Shown here piece by piece: positions 1 through 14,197 of a stretch of DNA of 64,000 bases. Origin of the DNA: Haliotis rubra (lineage: Eukaryota); assembly GCF_003918875.1 (NCBI RefSeq), contig NW_025766976.1:868001-932000 (forward strand), given 5' to 3'. The notes under the pieces were generated by a model that worked only from the letters and a program-made list of their open reading frames with translations, searched no databases and was not told the origin of the DNA. Numbering within the stretch: the first letter of the stretch is position 1; each line of letters begins with the position of its first letter. The position numbers and the translations under genes were made by a program.

Positions 1-1460
1 GTGACAATGCGTGACAAAGCGCTTTAAAAGAGTTGTGTTTAACACAGGTATGCCACGACGATCCAAGGATCGACATACAGACGCAACCTGTCTCACACCG
101 CACATCATAACAACATCATGGGCACCATATAAAATACTAACGCCGTTGATCTAGCATATTTAAACATTAAATTTGCATAGGCACTGATCTTGTTATATAC
201 ATTCTTTCAGTAGAAGGTGGTTTCCCTGCTATAAGGTATTATTGAAGCACATCACAGTTAACATCATATGCGGATCCAGTGGGTGGGTGCAGGGGTCCCC
301 CCCTTGTACTGAAAGTTTATAAAATGACCCATGAAAACGGGTGAAAATGAAGTGTGCACCCCTCCTTTCTGAAAAAGCTGTATCCGCCCCTGAACATATA
401 TAATTATAACTGGACATCACCTTATTGAGTACTGTTAAAAGTTTAATTTATGTACTCAGTCTTCACGGGCGATACAGATTGTGTACATGTCATTGATATA
501 ACTGTCAACAAATTTGAGACCATCTTAAGATGGCACACAACCAATAACATCGCATATCACCATCTCTAAATTCATGTAAATAAGACGAATAAGGGACGCG
601 TCTTACCTTTTAGTGTCACACGTATATAATATCCACTGGATCTCAGTTTGAGTTAGGTATCCTTAGTCTCTACACTGGGGCCTCGCTAAAGTGTATTTCT
701 CCCGTTGCTAAAGATCCATCTGGGTTCTTAAGCTCGCAGGTTTTACCATCTGTAACTACTGAGAAAGACAGAGCCTGTTTTCAGACACGCAGGCCCAACA
801 CACGGGTAGACGCGGCTGATAGAATCGACTGCAGCAAGGAGATTACAAATCGTTCGGGCGAGACAGCTATCAGATCATCCACTGACTGCTTGGCGTTACG
901 CTCCAGTGGGAGTTGAATAACTTTCTTTTGACGGTTGTGTCCGAGTTGAATTAACCTGGTAATTACGTCAACAGAAAAATGGGGAACAATGCCTTTATAT
1001 GCCGTCACCACACGTAAGGCATTCACTATAAGACCCAACACCATCGCTCAATGTATGTTTCGACAACTGGTCTGGAAGGCGTTGCCTTGAGGGGTAAGCC
1101 AAGGGTTACATCACCGGCCACCCCATTTTCCCCCACTGCTCTGTGTAATGACCATTGGACACACATTTAAACCAAGACAACAAACTCTTACGCAATAGCG
1201 TCTGTAGAATCAAGAATTGCGTAAACACGGGTTTTGTGACATATGATATTTGCTCAACGCCTTGGGTTGTTGTGATATGCTTGTTTCAGAACCTTGTACG
1301 CTTAGCCGGTAATTATATGACGTATTTGAACAAGGGAGGTGTAAAATGGGGACGGGTAGTGCTAATGGAGATTTCAAAACCAGTGTATAGAACAAAGTTG
1401 ATAATCCTATCGCCATGGTATTGATAGCAGAATCGAAATAATTACATGCTATACAATTTA

Positions 1461-1830
1461 TTATTATAGGATATTTATATAGCGCACATATCCACGCAGC
1501 TAGTACATGCTGGTATTGTTCATTGGATGTCAGTCTCAACGGCACATCTTATCATCAATCTCAACTCCCCGGGGAGCATCCAACTCTTGCAGCCACGAGG
1601 CGCACCGAGTTATTGCGGCTTTCTCATCCTTACGAGGTAATTTCCTTGGTATTTCACAAAGTAAATCGATTAGAACAACAGGCCATAAACTCTCGATTTC
1701 ACCGCAAAATACTCGCGCACATGAACCGGAGTGCCCAAGGCAGCATGTCCTTGTGAGGAGTTGCGTAGCATGGAAACACATCATCAACCAAAGATCGGGG
1801 ATCGAATCCAGATTGTTTCTTGTTTTCTAA
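1461..1830 (-). mobile_element. SINE with an L2-type tail (related copy at 47503-47720)
   Basis: About 180 bp shared with 47503-47700; the 3-prime end GATATGTGCGCTATATAAATATCCTATAATAA resembles the L2 tail at 7127-7170. Confidence 0.55.
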
Positions 1831-2109
1831 TCACCACACCGTGCTAACGGGTTTCATCAAAGTGGTTAATGTTGGGGACCTCCCTTGACTAAGGCTTAGT
1901 CTCTGAATATAAATAAATTTGATAGAAACAAATACATGTAATATTATTCATTTTAATTTGGAAAGGAGTCCCACTGAGAAGGAAGATTTAGACCTGAGGA
2001 AATCTAGACTTGCTTCATTTAGAGGTTTAGCATTAATTGTTTGATCGGCATTCTAGAAGTTGGTGACTCAAAAATGAAACATACAAATTCATGGATGACA
2101 ACTTCTTAT

Positions 2110-2440
2110 TTAGTGAGCGACGTTTCGATGTAGATTCTTACATCGTTATCAAGCGTGAATAAAAGCGAATAGAACCAGATGATGAGGGGTATATATACAT
2201 TTTGGAGTCCAATTTGTTGTTGGCGTGGTTCTGGGCACTACGTAGTGTTTTGTAGAGGTCAGGCGACATTGTTGAATTTAGTTTTTGAAGGTGTTGTTCT
2301 ATTTGGCCGAAGTTGATGATTTTCTTTTTGCGATGATGCCTGATCCTTTCAATAATAAGCTTTTTGGAGGCAGTCTGGAGGATGGCTTGAGCGGCTGCTG
2401 AGTTGTGATGATTCCTCATCCTTTAGCAGTGCTGAAGTGC
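2110..2440 (-). mobile_element. Penelope-like retroelement fragment
   Basis: GACGTTTCG..CATCGTTATCAAG terminal motif and ORF 2138..2419 (AILQTASKKLIIERIR), resembling PLE N-termini. Confidence 0.5.
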
Positions 2441-3665
2441 AGGACAGAGGGGAAATAATGCGGTACAGGGACTGTGAGACAGACTAGGGACCTTCCTCAC
2501 TTCGGGCGTTCCCCCCGATACACCGTAATACAGTGGGAAAACTGTTCCAAGCATCGTAAAACCCAAACTCACTCACTCGCAGTTATTCATGATTATTGTG
2601 TGGTAAAACATAGTGCTTTAGATCCATATAGATTAATTAAATAGATATACTGAACAACATTAGAAACGCACCACACTATAAAACACCGACGATGCTCAGA
2701 TATCATAGGTACATTTCAGTCTGACGGGGATATTTTTGTATTATATGGGTGGTGCGTTTCTAATGTTGTTCAGTATATTTATCAGAAGCGCCGACAATGC
2801 ATACAGTAAACTGCATGATGACGTTGCATCTTCGCCGACAGCGACGACAAACGCATACTGTCTCACGTGGCCTGACGCAGATGATTTATGTGGGGTCAAG
2901 TTGTCAACCAAGGCCATCTGTATCAAACTAAAGTTTCACCTGTCAGACCTAAATATTGGTGCTTAGCTGCAAATTACATGCTATGTGCATTACATGTGGT
3001 ACAGGCCACAAATTACATGATTCAACAATACGATAGCTCTGACGCATTCTGTCTACATTCAACATACCGCAACGAAGATAATCACAAACATCCATTTATA
3101 GAGTTCATCTATCTTGTTGCATATGTCACGGATAGGTGCGTAACATGTAACAAACAAACTTGTTCGAGACACAGTTAATAATTAATCTTTTCCGCATTGA
3201 TGACGACGAAGAAGAGGAGGATGATGATCTCACTGCATGAGGGGCGGTGAGTAGCCTTGTGTTTAAAGCGTCCGCTCGTCCATTCCCAACATGGGACGTT
3301 TCACAACGCAAACTCAACGTTGTGACGTGACTTTGCGACAGCGTGAAATTGTTAGCTGGGTTCAGCTTTCTGCGCCTCTGCTCTCCTTCTGTTTAGCCGC
3401 GGTTGGACAGCCTTGTGGTTAAAGCGTCGCTCGTCACGCAGAAGGCCCGGGTTCGATTCCCCACATGGGTTGATATTCTCGCCACTGACGGACAGTGAGT
3501 CATATCTAAAATCCTTCCGCGGTCACGCGACGCTAAAAGCAGGATTTGCAGTCACGAAAACATTTCACAAATTACGTTGCAGCAAATTATGCTGCTGGAC
3601 AGTAAGAGTAAATTATCAATGTAGATGGCGACGGCCCTTACATGTCGGTGTTACATGATGTTGGC

Positions 3666-3959
3666 NNNNNNNNNNNNNNNNNNNNNNNNNNNNNNNNNNN
3701 NNNNNNNNNNNNNNNNNNNNNNNNNNNNNNNNNNNNNNNNNNNNNNNNNNNNNNNNNNNNNNNNNNNNNNNNNNNNNNNNNNNNNNNNNNNNNNNNNNNN
3801 NNNNNNNNNNNNNNNNNNNNNNNNNNNNNNNNNNNNNNNNNNNNNNNNNNNNNNNNNNNNNNNNNNNNNNNNNNNNNNNNNNNNNNNNNNNNNNNNNNNN
3901 NNNNNNNNNNNNNNNNNNNNNNNNNNNNNNNNNNNNNNNNNNNNNNNNNNNNNNNNNNN
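3666..3959. other. Assembly gap
   Basis: Run of N. Confidence 1.
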
Positions 3960-4944
3960 GGTAGCCTAGTGGTTAAAGCGTTGGCTCGTCACGCCGACGG
4001 CCCGGGTTCGATTCCCCACATGGGCACAATGTGTTAAGCCCATTTCTGGTGTCCCCCGCCGTGATATTGCTGGAATATTGCTAAAAGCGGCGTAAAACTA
4101 AACTCAGTCAGTCAGTCTACAACTTCGACGACCATCGTTGTTCGCTAGTCCAGTGAAGACTGACATTTCTCCTTCTACAGATAGATAATGCAATCGACAA
4201 ATATTTGACTCTATGATATCTACACGAAAAGGCATTGTAAATGGAGACATACGTCTGTTATCAAGTTGTCTTCATCACATTCTTCATGCACATAAAAATA
4301 AATTTATGCATGTTTTCTGTACATGTAAACATCATGCTAATGGCCCTCGCCGTCTACAACGCAGTGACCGCGTGTGTTTGTGCAATAAACCCCAACAGTA
4401 CTGTACCAATCCTCTCTGCAACCACGTCTTAGTCTCGTACGACCGTGCGTCATATGTCAAACTTCAGCTTAAGTTTTTAACATAAAGTTTTTGCCCGCTG
4501 CAAGACGAGATCAAACACGGTCACTGCGATACTGGGGCTAGCGTCATGCGGTGACAGGCCACTTAATCCCACAGCTGAGCGGGGAGTGGAGGGGGGAAGG
4601 GGGATACCAGGACTGAGGAATCAGCTGATGCAGAGAGACGGTTCATTTTATTCATACAGACGCCGAAGCAATTATATCCAAGAACCCCATTTATAATATG
4701 TGGCAATTTACAACATGCAGCTTATTGCATTATATTAAGTGAACTTAAGAACTTTTTTTCAGTAAGAAATGTTCAATTCAAAGACTAGATGTTTGTCTAC
4801 GTTCGTTTGCACGCACTGGATGTGGGAGGTATTACAACATGTATTGCTGACATAATGTGAGCAAATTGAGGATCTTCTGCAGGTACAACGTATATGGACA
4901 CTCGTGTTATGATGTGATGTTGTAGGGTACTGTGGATATATGGA

Positions 4945-5230
4945 GGAAAGTTATTGTAAGAGTAGTGTGGGTAGAGGGAGGTTAATGTAAGAGTAGTGTG
5001 GGTAGAGGGAGGTTATTGTAAGAGTAGAGGGAGGTTATTGTAAGAAGTAGTGTGGGTAGAGGGAGGTTAATGTAAGGGTAGTGTGGGTAGAGAGATGTTA
5101 TTGTAAGGGTAGTGTTAGTAGAGGAAGGTTATTGTAAGAGTAGAGTGGGTAGAGGGAGGTTATTGTAAGAGTAGTGTGGGTAAAGGGAGGTTATTGTAAG
5201 TGCAGTGTGAGTAGAGGGAGGTTATTTTAA
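4945..5230. repeat. About 30-bp tandem repeat
   Basis: GGGTAGAGGGAGGTTATTGTAAGAGTAGTGT units. Confidence 0.85.
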
Positions 5231-5854
5231 GTGTAGTTCGGGTACAGGGGTACTGAAAAGTTGAACCCCTCACTCTCCTAGCACCAAGATACAATCGCCC
5301 CTTACTTGCTAATGGCTCTCAGAGACAGGCCTCGCGGCGTTTTGGGGCAGGGCGTTCAAGGGATAGCCCCTAAAGCGCAGTACCAGTTATAGAGAGTAAC
5401 TAAATACCTGGGTCAAAAGGGCATCACAGACGATCTGGATTGATTACATCCACCTCGCTGGTCTGAAAACCCAATGTAAACGACAGTGTTATGCACACGG
5501 ACCCTCTTAACCTTGGTTGTATGTAAAGTGTAACTATATATGGTTCAGTTAACAAATTCTAAAACCAACAAACCGTTGCTGCATATTTAAATACATGACC
5601 TCGATACAACCAGGAAGATAGTAGATGTACACACACTAGACAATATGAGTGTTGTTTTAAACCGTTTGTTGTATTCAAAAGGTATTATCTGGGAGGTCTG
5701 TGTATGATAGAAAGTAGGTCACTGGTTGCCGGAGGGACGCTGATCCAGGTTGTTGGGATCACACGTCACACAATCTGCAAGATTAAACTTGAACTGCGAC
5801 CACCCGTTTTCACAATCGGAAATTATCGAGTCTGGACTGTGTCGGTTTTCTTCC

Positions 5855-6315
5855 CAAACCCCAACACCCCAGTATCCCTGATCTCCTATACCACAATACC
5901 CAATCCCCCAATACCCAAACATCACCAAACTCTACACCCCAATACCCATACAGCTCACTTCTCCTATACCCACAATACCCAATTCCCCTTTACCACAATA
6001 CCCAAACATCCCAAAGACTAGTACTCTACACCCCAATACCCATACAGCTCACTTCTTCTATACCACAATACCCAATTCCCCTACACCACAATACCTTAAC
6101 ATCCCCAAACTCTACACCCCAATACCCACACTGCCCAAATCCCCTACACGACAATTACCATACAGTCCGAAACCCCTATACCACAATACATATACTATCC
6201 TATTCCCCACACCACAATTCCCATATACTCAAGCATCCTAATACCCCTATATCCCAATACCCATACTGCCCAATTCATATGAACCCTTACACCCCAATAT
6301 ACCCACATCCCTACA
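5855..6315. repeat. Degenerate C/A-rich tandem repeat
   Basis: Repeated CCCAATACCCATAC / CCTATACCACAATACC motifs. Confidence 0.75.
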
Positions 6316-6489
6316 CGTAGGTAAAACTTCAAAGGGAGTTCACATTTTGTACCAGCAAAACATTCAAGTAAAGATTAACGTTCATTAATCATTGGACGAT
6401 GGAAAAGCGCAAACAGAAAACCCCCAAAGCAATAACAATCTTATAATCTTTTCGATTTGATCAAAGACATTTTATGTACAAGAATAGTG

Positions 6490-7170
6490 ATTGGCAGTAT
6501 ACGTCCTCTAATTACCACAGAATCTGCTCTTTCCCTTGTCCGTGCTCTAATTCTCAGCAGACTAGATTATTGTAACAGTCTCTATATTGGCCTCCCTGAC
6601 ACTCTACTTGACAGACTACAAAAAGTCCAAAATACAGCCGCCCGCATCGTCAGCCGTACTTCCAAACACAGTCACATTACTCCAGTTCTAAAGCAGCTCC
6701 ACTGGTTACCTGTGAGAGCCAGGATTCAATTCAAGACACTCTGCCTCACATACAAGTCCCTTCACGGCCAGGCTCAACCCTACATTGGAGATCTGATCAA
6801 CCCCTACAGTCCATCGGGCGAACTTCGCTCACAGCAGCAAAACCTTCTGACAGTGCCGAACTACAAACTTAAAACCTTTGGATACAGAACTTTCTCCTAC
6901 ACTTCCCCTGTCTTGTGGAACTCTATCCCATTTGACCTCAAACACTCTGAATCTCTGGACTCTTTTAAAGCAAATCTCAAAACCTACCTCTTTGCTAAAT
7001 ATTATCCTCAATAGCCTTTATTGTTTATGTATTATGCACCTATTCATTGTAGTTTTCTTGCTTTGTATATATAATGTATTTATTTTAAGGTACTTATGTA
7101 GCGCCAAGAGCATGCTTCTGAGCGTGGATATGTCCGCGTTATAAATATGCACTATTATTATTATTATTAA
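6490..7170 (+). mobile_element. 5-prime-truncated L2/CR1-group LINE (RT C-terminus, 3-prime UTR, (TTA)n tail)
   Basis: SRLDYCNSL, LQKVQNTAARIV, HITPVLKQLHWLPV, FKANLKTYLF motifs in ORF 6457..7014. Confidence 0.92.
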
Positions 7171-7316
7171 TAATAAAGGTATTAAAGCTGATCAACCCAC
7201 TGACAGGTGGAGACAAGGGTTGTTAAAGGAATGGCAAAGCATCACCATGGCTTGTATAAATAATGTTGAGTTTATAATGTCACAGAAAGGTCGCTACGGG
7301 GGAATGTAAACACAAA

Positions 7317-7746
7317 GAGTGACTGAGTGAGTTTAGTTTTACGCCGCTTTTAGGAATATTCCAGGAATATCACGGCGGGGGACACCAGAAATGGGCTTCA
7401 CATATTGTACCATATGGGTGAGTGAGTGTGTTTAGTTTTACGCCGCACTCAGCAATATTCCAACTATATGGCGGCGGTCTGTAAATAATCGAGTATGGAC
7501 CAGACAACCCAGTGATCAACAGCATGAACATCGATCTGCGCAATTGGGAACCGATGACATGTGTCAACCAGGTCAGCGAGCCTGACCACCCGATCCCGTT
7601 AGTCGCCTCTTACGACAAGCATGGGTTACTGAACTTGAGATCAATATTCTAACCCGGACCTTCACGGGTCGTACCATATGGGGAATCGAACCCGGGTCTT
7701 CGGAGTGACGAGTGACGCTTTGACCACTAGGCTACCCCACCGCTCC
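7317..7746 (-). mobile_element. tRNA-SINE interrupted by a long SINE (7419-7670)
   Basis: Outer TSD TAAACACAAA (7307-7316 / 7747-7756); inner TSD GTACCATATGGG (7407-7418 / 7671-7682). Confidence 0.88.
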
Positions 7747-8675
7747 TAAACACAAAAAGAAAGCTGAACCCAGCAATCATTTTCACGTTGTCACAAATTT
7801 AACTTTGTGTTTGCGTTGTTGAAACGTTATATTACATCCGTGTCACGTTATTCTGTGGGCTCCCATTTATGTTGTCACAACGTTGTGGCGTGACGTCATT
7901 TTCACGTCGTCACAATGGTATGGGAACGCTGAGTTCGTTGTGCCAACGTTGCATTTCACGTTGTCGTGACGTTGCATTTTACGTTGTGGGAGTGAGTGAG
8001 TGAGTGAATGAGTTTAGCTTTACGCCGCTTTTAGCAATAGTCCAGCAATATCACGGCGGGGGACACCAGAAATGGGCTTCACACATTGTATCCATGTGGG
8101 GAATCGAACCCGGGTCTTCGGCGTGACGAGCGAACTCTTTAACCATGAGCCTACCCCACCGCTCCTTACGTTGTGGGTACGTTATAAAGTACAACAAAAT
8201 GGGCTTCACACATTATTGAACCAGGTTTTCGGAGTATCATGTATAATAGTGTACTTTAGTAAAGTAAAATGAATAAAATGGCTTTTATGGTCATATGTCT
8301 TGGAGCTTTGTTTAGTCGAATATATGTCGATTATATACTAGTATGTATTTCGTATATATATGTGCAGTATGACACAATTAAGAAGTTTACGAATTGCAGG
8401 GCAGGTGGATTGAAAGGTGTGTTCAGCAATATTCCCGTAATGTCACTGCGACCTATAGACATCATTCGTAACTACTCGTGTCATTCCGGCAAGCCGGACG
8501 GCTTCTCGTACCCCTCTCGTGACCATGTTTACGACTGGGTCCTGTCTAAACGCAAACGGTCATTGAGGTGAAAATAGTCTAGTACTATTATCAAGGAAAG
8601 ATAACTCTGAATTTCCAAACATGGCTCCTAGAATATCCTATATATCACGTGGGTAAACAGCAATACAGTCATTCC

Positions 8676-8764
8676 CAGTCTAAGTAAACTTAGCCTCAGT
8701 ATTATTCGTTACCCTACTATACTGAGTTTAACTAATAGTACTGAGACTAAGTTTACTTAGACTG
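8676..8764. mobile_element. 89-bp palindromic micro-MITE with a 9-bp TSD
   Basis: Arms CAGTCTAAGTAAACTTAG / CTAAGTTTACTTAGACTG; AGTCATTCC at 8667-8675 and 8765-8773. Confidence 0.75.
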
Positions 8765-10329
8765 AGTCATTCCCTTTGTAAATATGTTTCAGAGTTTAAA
8801 GCTGTTGATCCTTTAGCTCAAACTTAATGTTTAAATTGTGCTTTGCATAGTTTAGCGAAGTTTCAAAGTCCAACGGTGCCACCATTTTCCATTCGTAACT
8901 ATTCGCCTCTTTCCGTGACACGCCATCCGGCTTGCCAGAATGACACGAGTAGTTACGACTGCGATAGGGATACGAGTCTTGTAGGTCACGAAAAGTGGCG
9001 AATAGTTACGAATACTACAGACATTTGAATCAGATAACCATTGATTCAAGTAAGATTATAATTAAGCAACTTCTTTCGCCTTGGATAACAAGCAGTCAAC
9101 CAAGTTAGTAACTGGGCCCAACAAGACCGCCTGATTCATCTCTTGCGAGTGAGTGAGTGAGTGAGTGAGTGGGTGTGAGTGAGTGAGTGAGCGAGCGAGC
9201 GAGTATGGCTTTTAGCAACATTTCAGCAATATCACGGCGGGGGACACCAGAGGTGGAATGATATCCAGCGGCGTTGAGGGTCCTAAACTTATAACGCATG
9301 TTATATTTGGGATTACACTTTGGAAATCAAGGATGGGACTCAACACAACAAAAGTACTTGAATGAGTACTTTACTAAGACAGTGTAATCCCCAATATAAC
9401 ACGTCATAGGCGGATTTGACCTGAAACTTTCGGTTGAATAGTGGCAAAAGTGTGGGTATTATCAGGACGTTCCTGGGAGAACGTTGTCATAGGCCCTGAT
9501 TTTTGACCACATGATCCTCAAAAAGGAAAGATAGTATAGACAACGTGTGGTAAACCAGTGGTTTATAACATAACTACATGCAGTCACTTTTTAATTCCAC
9601 CAAACATTAATAAGCGAAGGTTACAAAAGAAAGGTATTACTTCGCAATCAGTGTGAACAATTTTAAATATGAATACTAAAATATGTTTGTTTTCCTCATT
9701 TGCTCCTGCTCCTATTTTTTATACCCCCGCAGCATTTCAAAGATGTGGAGATTCTTAAACCACTAAATATGGTTTACGAACGAGGTCACTTACCGAAACC
9801 TTTAATTTGAAGTAGGATCTCACGTGAAATGAGGGTATAGTTGGGATCATTGTCTCCCCAAACAAGGTCCAGAAACGTATTATGTAGTGTAAGTGACAAG
9901 GAATCATATTTTATTTGTTGGCAGTCGTCCTAGCCCTTCGCCAGTGGAGCTTGGATTGCCTCTTGTTAAGGCCTGGTTGTGAACCTGGTTTACTAACTTT
10001 GTGAACCTGTTTAATCGTGACAAGTGTTTTATTATATTCTTTGTACATATAATAATACTGATGAAGTGATCATTGTCGACGTTTGTAATATCATGTGGTG
10101 AAGCACAGCACAGGCAAACTGTAGTGCAAGTAGGGTGCGCAACAGAGAGACAAATTACCAGTCTTACTATATGTGAGGGTGAAGACATACCCTGTACAGT
10201 ACTCCACAGCACGCTTCCTGGTCGGGGCCAGAGCGAATTTGGTTTTAACCCCGCTTTGTACAATGATTCAGTTGCATCACTGTGTGTCTGCTTAATTTGG
10301 GAGCAGAGCCCGAAGTGCTGTAGGTCATA

Positions 10330-10977
10330 CATGTTTTGGCTTTGGTCAAACCCACTATCAAAAGCTATACTCGGGACCTCATGCAAAAACGATGGGACAC
10401 ACAAGTAGGAAGAAATAAACTGTATGAATTGAAACCAACAATTTGTTATACCTACTTGGGTTGTCAGTCAAGACGTGATGAGGTAATTTTACGACGATGT
10501 CGTATTGGCCACAGTCGGTTTACTCATGACTATCTGCTGAAAACGGATGGGGATGGACCCCCCATGTGTGTCTCTTGCGATGAGGTTTTCACCATCAAGC
10601 ATATCCTGCTTGAATGCGTGGACTTATCGTCTGCAAGGGACTCACATTATGATGCAACAAACCTGAAAGATCTGTTCTCCCGCATGAGCGCTCATCTGAT
10701 AGTGAACTACCTGAGGGAAGTTGATCTGTATCATAAATTGTAACTGTGAAATGTGACTATCATAAATTATAACTGTGAAATGTGACTAACAAATTGCCTG
10801 CCTTTAAAGTTAGTGCTATGACTTTTTCTGCTTTTAAATGACAATGTAATGAATATATGTTTTTGAAATAAAACTCATTCCGAGTATGTACTTACAATGT
10901 TTATTAATGCAAACTTGTTCCCGTCACTATATGGCTGGAATAATGCCGATGTGATGCAAAACCCAACTCAACTCAAC
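10330..10977 (+). mobile_element. 5-prime-truncated I-group (Nimb-like) LINE: C-terminal zinc knuckle and 3-prime UTR
   Basis: RCRIGHSRFTHDYLL..C..C....TIKHILLEC in ORF 10336..10743; tail GCTGGAATAATGCCGATGTGATGCAAAACCCAACTCAACTCAAC. Confidence 0.85.
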
Positions 10978-12819
10978 TTTGGCTTTGGTGAAACCAACGA
11001 TCGCCTGTCGGGAGTAAGTGATGGTTTTACGCGGCTTTTAGAACAATCCCAGCAACATCACCACGGGGGGACACCACCAATGGGCTTCAACCATTGTGGG
11101 GAATCGAACCCGGGTCTCCAGCCTGACGAGCAAACGCTTTCACCACTAGGCTACCCAACCAAAGCAAGAAACATCAGCAGGGTGAACAGGGAATAAAAGC
11201 CAGCAATCCTATTTAACACCACGCAAAGCGAATTTCTCTTCACCAAATGAGAAACTGTATACCAGACAAACTAGTGGTTGATGGAATGAGAACCCACTAA
11301 CAACAGCACACAGTATCACGAATAAATACTTGGGGGGGGCAAATTCGGCCATTAATATAAATAACAAGTCTGCATCTACAATGTAAAGTGTAAATATTTC
11401 TATTCAGAAATTGGTCTGCATTACATTTTCATAAAAGGCAAAATGTCACTTAAACAAAATAACAGTCACACATTAATACTGGTCTATTTTATTAGTTTAG
11501 TTCCAATATCTATTTCTTATTCAAATAACATGAAGACAAACAAATACTTATAGCAAAGAGCAGCCAACCCTCCTGTGTAACTAGCTGAAACAACCTGTAA
11601 ACAACAAAGATATGATAACTCTGACAGCTATCTGACACTGTGAGAGCCTTGTTTCAGAGTTACTGGGTGTAACAGTTACTTCCCTTTAGTGCTATGACGT
11701 GAACACATTAGTTACCTCCCTTGTTTTCACAAGTAACACAAGCAATTCATTAATAATGTGTTGACTAGATATCGGTGTTTCTGTTGATACATAGGTAGTA
11801 ACACCTATTATTAACCAACTCAGACATGTGACATGAAAACAGTGAAACTCGACATCAGATAGTGTTCATTGGTCTCATGAGATCATTTTATAGCTTGCAG
11901 AAATATATAACAATCCCCTAAAATGAAATGAAGCAAAAAAAATGATTCGCTTCTGTGTGAATCAGTAGAAAATGAAAAGGCATTCTGAAAATAAGTTGGA
12001 CTAAAGAAAAATTGGGCGACAATTTAAATCATGGCGAAGACTTACAAATATTTTAACGTTATGGCTGAAAACGGGAAAAAAATTCTACAATCTAGTTTTG
12101 ATTACATTACAAGAAGATATAAGAATGATTTCGAAATCATAGAATACCCAATACCAAAGCATGTGTGCAGAGAGAGATTCAGACTACGATCAGCTTTTAA
12201 GTTCATGTCATGTCATGTCATGTCATGTTCACTTCAATGACAATTATAGACAGGCATCTTAAACTTCACTTTATAACATCAAGTCATAATGTCATATAAG
12301 GTTTGAACAATCATAAATTGAAATCCACTCTGACAAAAAGTCAATATTATCTTCATTTATTAAACATTTTAAACCTGATAACTGATGGAGCAGCCTTTGA
12401 AATTGATGGAATCCCTCCAGCCTGAGACAAAACAATTGTACTGAGGACATCAGAAGCCCAGTGATGGTGGTCCTTATTGACTCATGGCATTTGAGCACAA
12501 TTCTGCACCAGTTTCAGTTTTGCTACAAAATGAACGAAATTAAACTGACAAAATATGTGAACATAGAAAATACTTAGAACCGTCTCATTCAAGCCGGACC
12601 AGCTACAAACTGGACTAGTAACAAAAAAAAGAAACAAATTTTTAAGGCTCTAGAGTTACAAAGAATTATTTATCAAATTTGATTCTTGTTGTCTGCTCCC
12701 TGCACACTGTGTCCTCTGCTAATATATATTGACTGTGTCCCTCAACACGGGGTTGACTCCATGGGACTGGAGGTAGGCCAGCCTACATCACATTGAGCAC
12801 TGTACTCCAGTAAGATCTT

Positions 12820-12849
12820 CTACCGCAAGTCCTCTGCAGAGAACATGCC
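12820..12849 (-). CDS. ATP6V1F: ATP6V1F exon 5 (GMFSAEDLR-stop)
   Basis: tttccAG acceptor, TAG stop; conserved C-terminus GMF..EDLR; the spliced product is 122 aa. Confidence 0.95.
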   Translation of the reverse strand, partial: GMFSAEDLR

Positions 12850-14197
12850 CTGGAAAGACAATGTAGTTGCCATATAGACTTATGCATATAGCACAGTTGG
12901 TCACAATACCCTGATAGCAATGTTCGTTGGTCCAACATTGGCCCAACGGACATTGCTATCCGGGTAGGAGTTTATCCACCAGTTTCCCACCTACACCCTG
13001 TGTTACACCTGTGTTGGATTGTTTGTTTGTTGTTTAATGCAGCACTCAGCAATATTTTAGATATATGGAGACAGTTTGTAAGTCAACGAGTCTGCCCCAG
13101 ACAATGAACATCATCAGCATCTATCTACGCAATTGGGATATGATGACATGTGTCAACCAAGTCTGACAGCGTGCCTGACCACTCGATCCCGTTAGTAGCC
13201 TCTTAGGACAAGCATGGGTTGCTGAAGACCAATTCCAACACAGATTTTGACTGGTTCAAGTGTCAGAGGAAAGTTCAAAGAGATTGAGTATGTTCACCAG
13301 AGATTTACCAGATGCCAAATCCTACATTCTATACTTACGCGAATTGGATATGAATGCAGTAAGAATTATTTAAGAATAAATGTTGCTCATTCATAAATTA
13401 TGAACAAATATATATCCATTAAAGAAACACACAATCAAATGTTTCACGACCCAATATCAAAAAGACTTGGGGAACTCCATTTCTAACCATCATTTTTTAT
13501 GAACTACCTCTAAATATGTGCAGTCTTACATCACATCTTGTGAGTACTGTATTCAATTTTAGACATTTCCTATTTCTCAAACTGAGACTCCCTACAATTA
13601 TATCTTTGAGTCCTGGTCCAGGACAGCTCCTGCTCAGGAGTGTTTTCTGACTCGGTGGTTATTTTTGGCAGCATTGTTCTTTTTTGAGGATAGTCCATGA
13701 AACATTTTAGATTAATACATGCATTCAGTGGTATCAGTGTTGATTAATAATGAGTGAGTGAGTGAGTTTGGTTTTACGCCGCTTTTAGCAATATTCCAGC
13801 AATATCACGGCGGGGGACACCAGAAATGAGCTTCACACTAAGTACCCATGTGGGTATTCGAACCCGGGTCTTCGGCGTGACGAACCAACGCTTTAACCAC
13901 AAAGCTACCCCACCGCCCCTGTTGATTAATAAAGAACAGAAGGTTTTCACAGTTGAGTCTGTGATGTTGTCCTTAATTTTATCACCATTCCATCAAGGTC
14001 TATCAGCTTAATGTCTAACTGTCTGGTATTGGTAAGCTGATAAGTAAATAATTGAACATACAACTTTATTGATAACTTGTCCACTGCAATGTTTAGATGT
14101 AGGTTTCAACTGAATAAATATATAAGAATCTACATCAAAGCATTGCCACATGCAATAAACAAGAAAATGGTTTCCATTAAGGACTACTGCTACCCAC

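Noticed and set aside
3960-4030. tRNA-Asp-like sequences (many copies)
   Set aside because: They are SINE heads: they run into a shared non-tRNA body and tail, and several have TSDs.
3625-4037. ORFs spanning N runs (also 25018-25410)
   Set aside because: Artefacts of assembly gaps.
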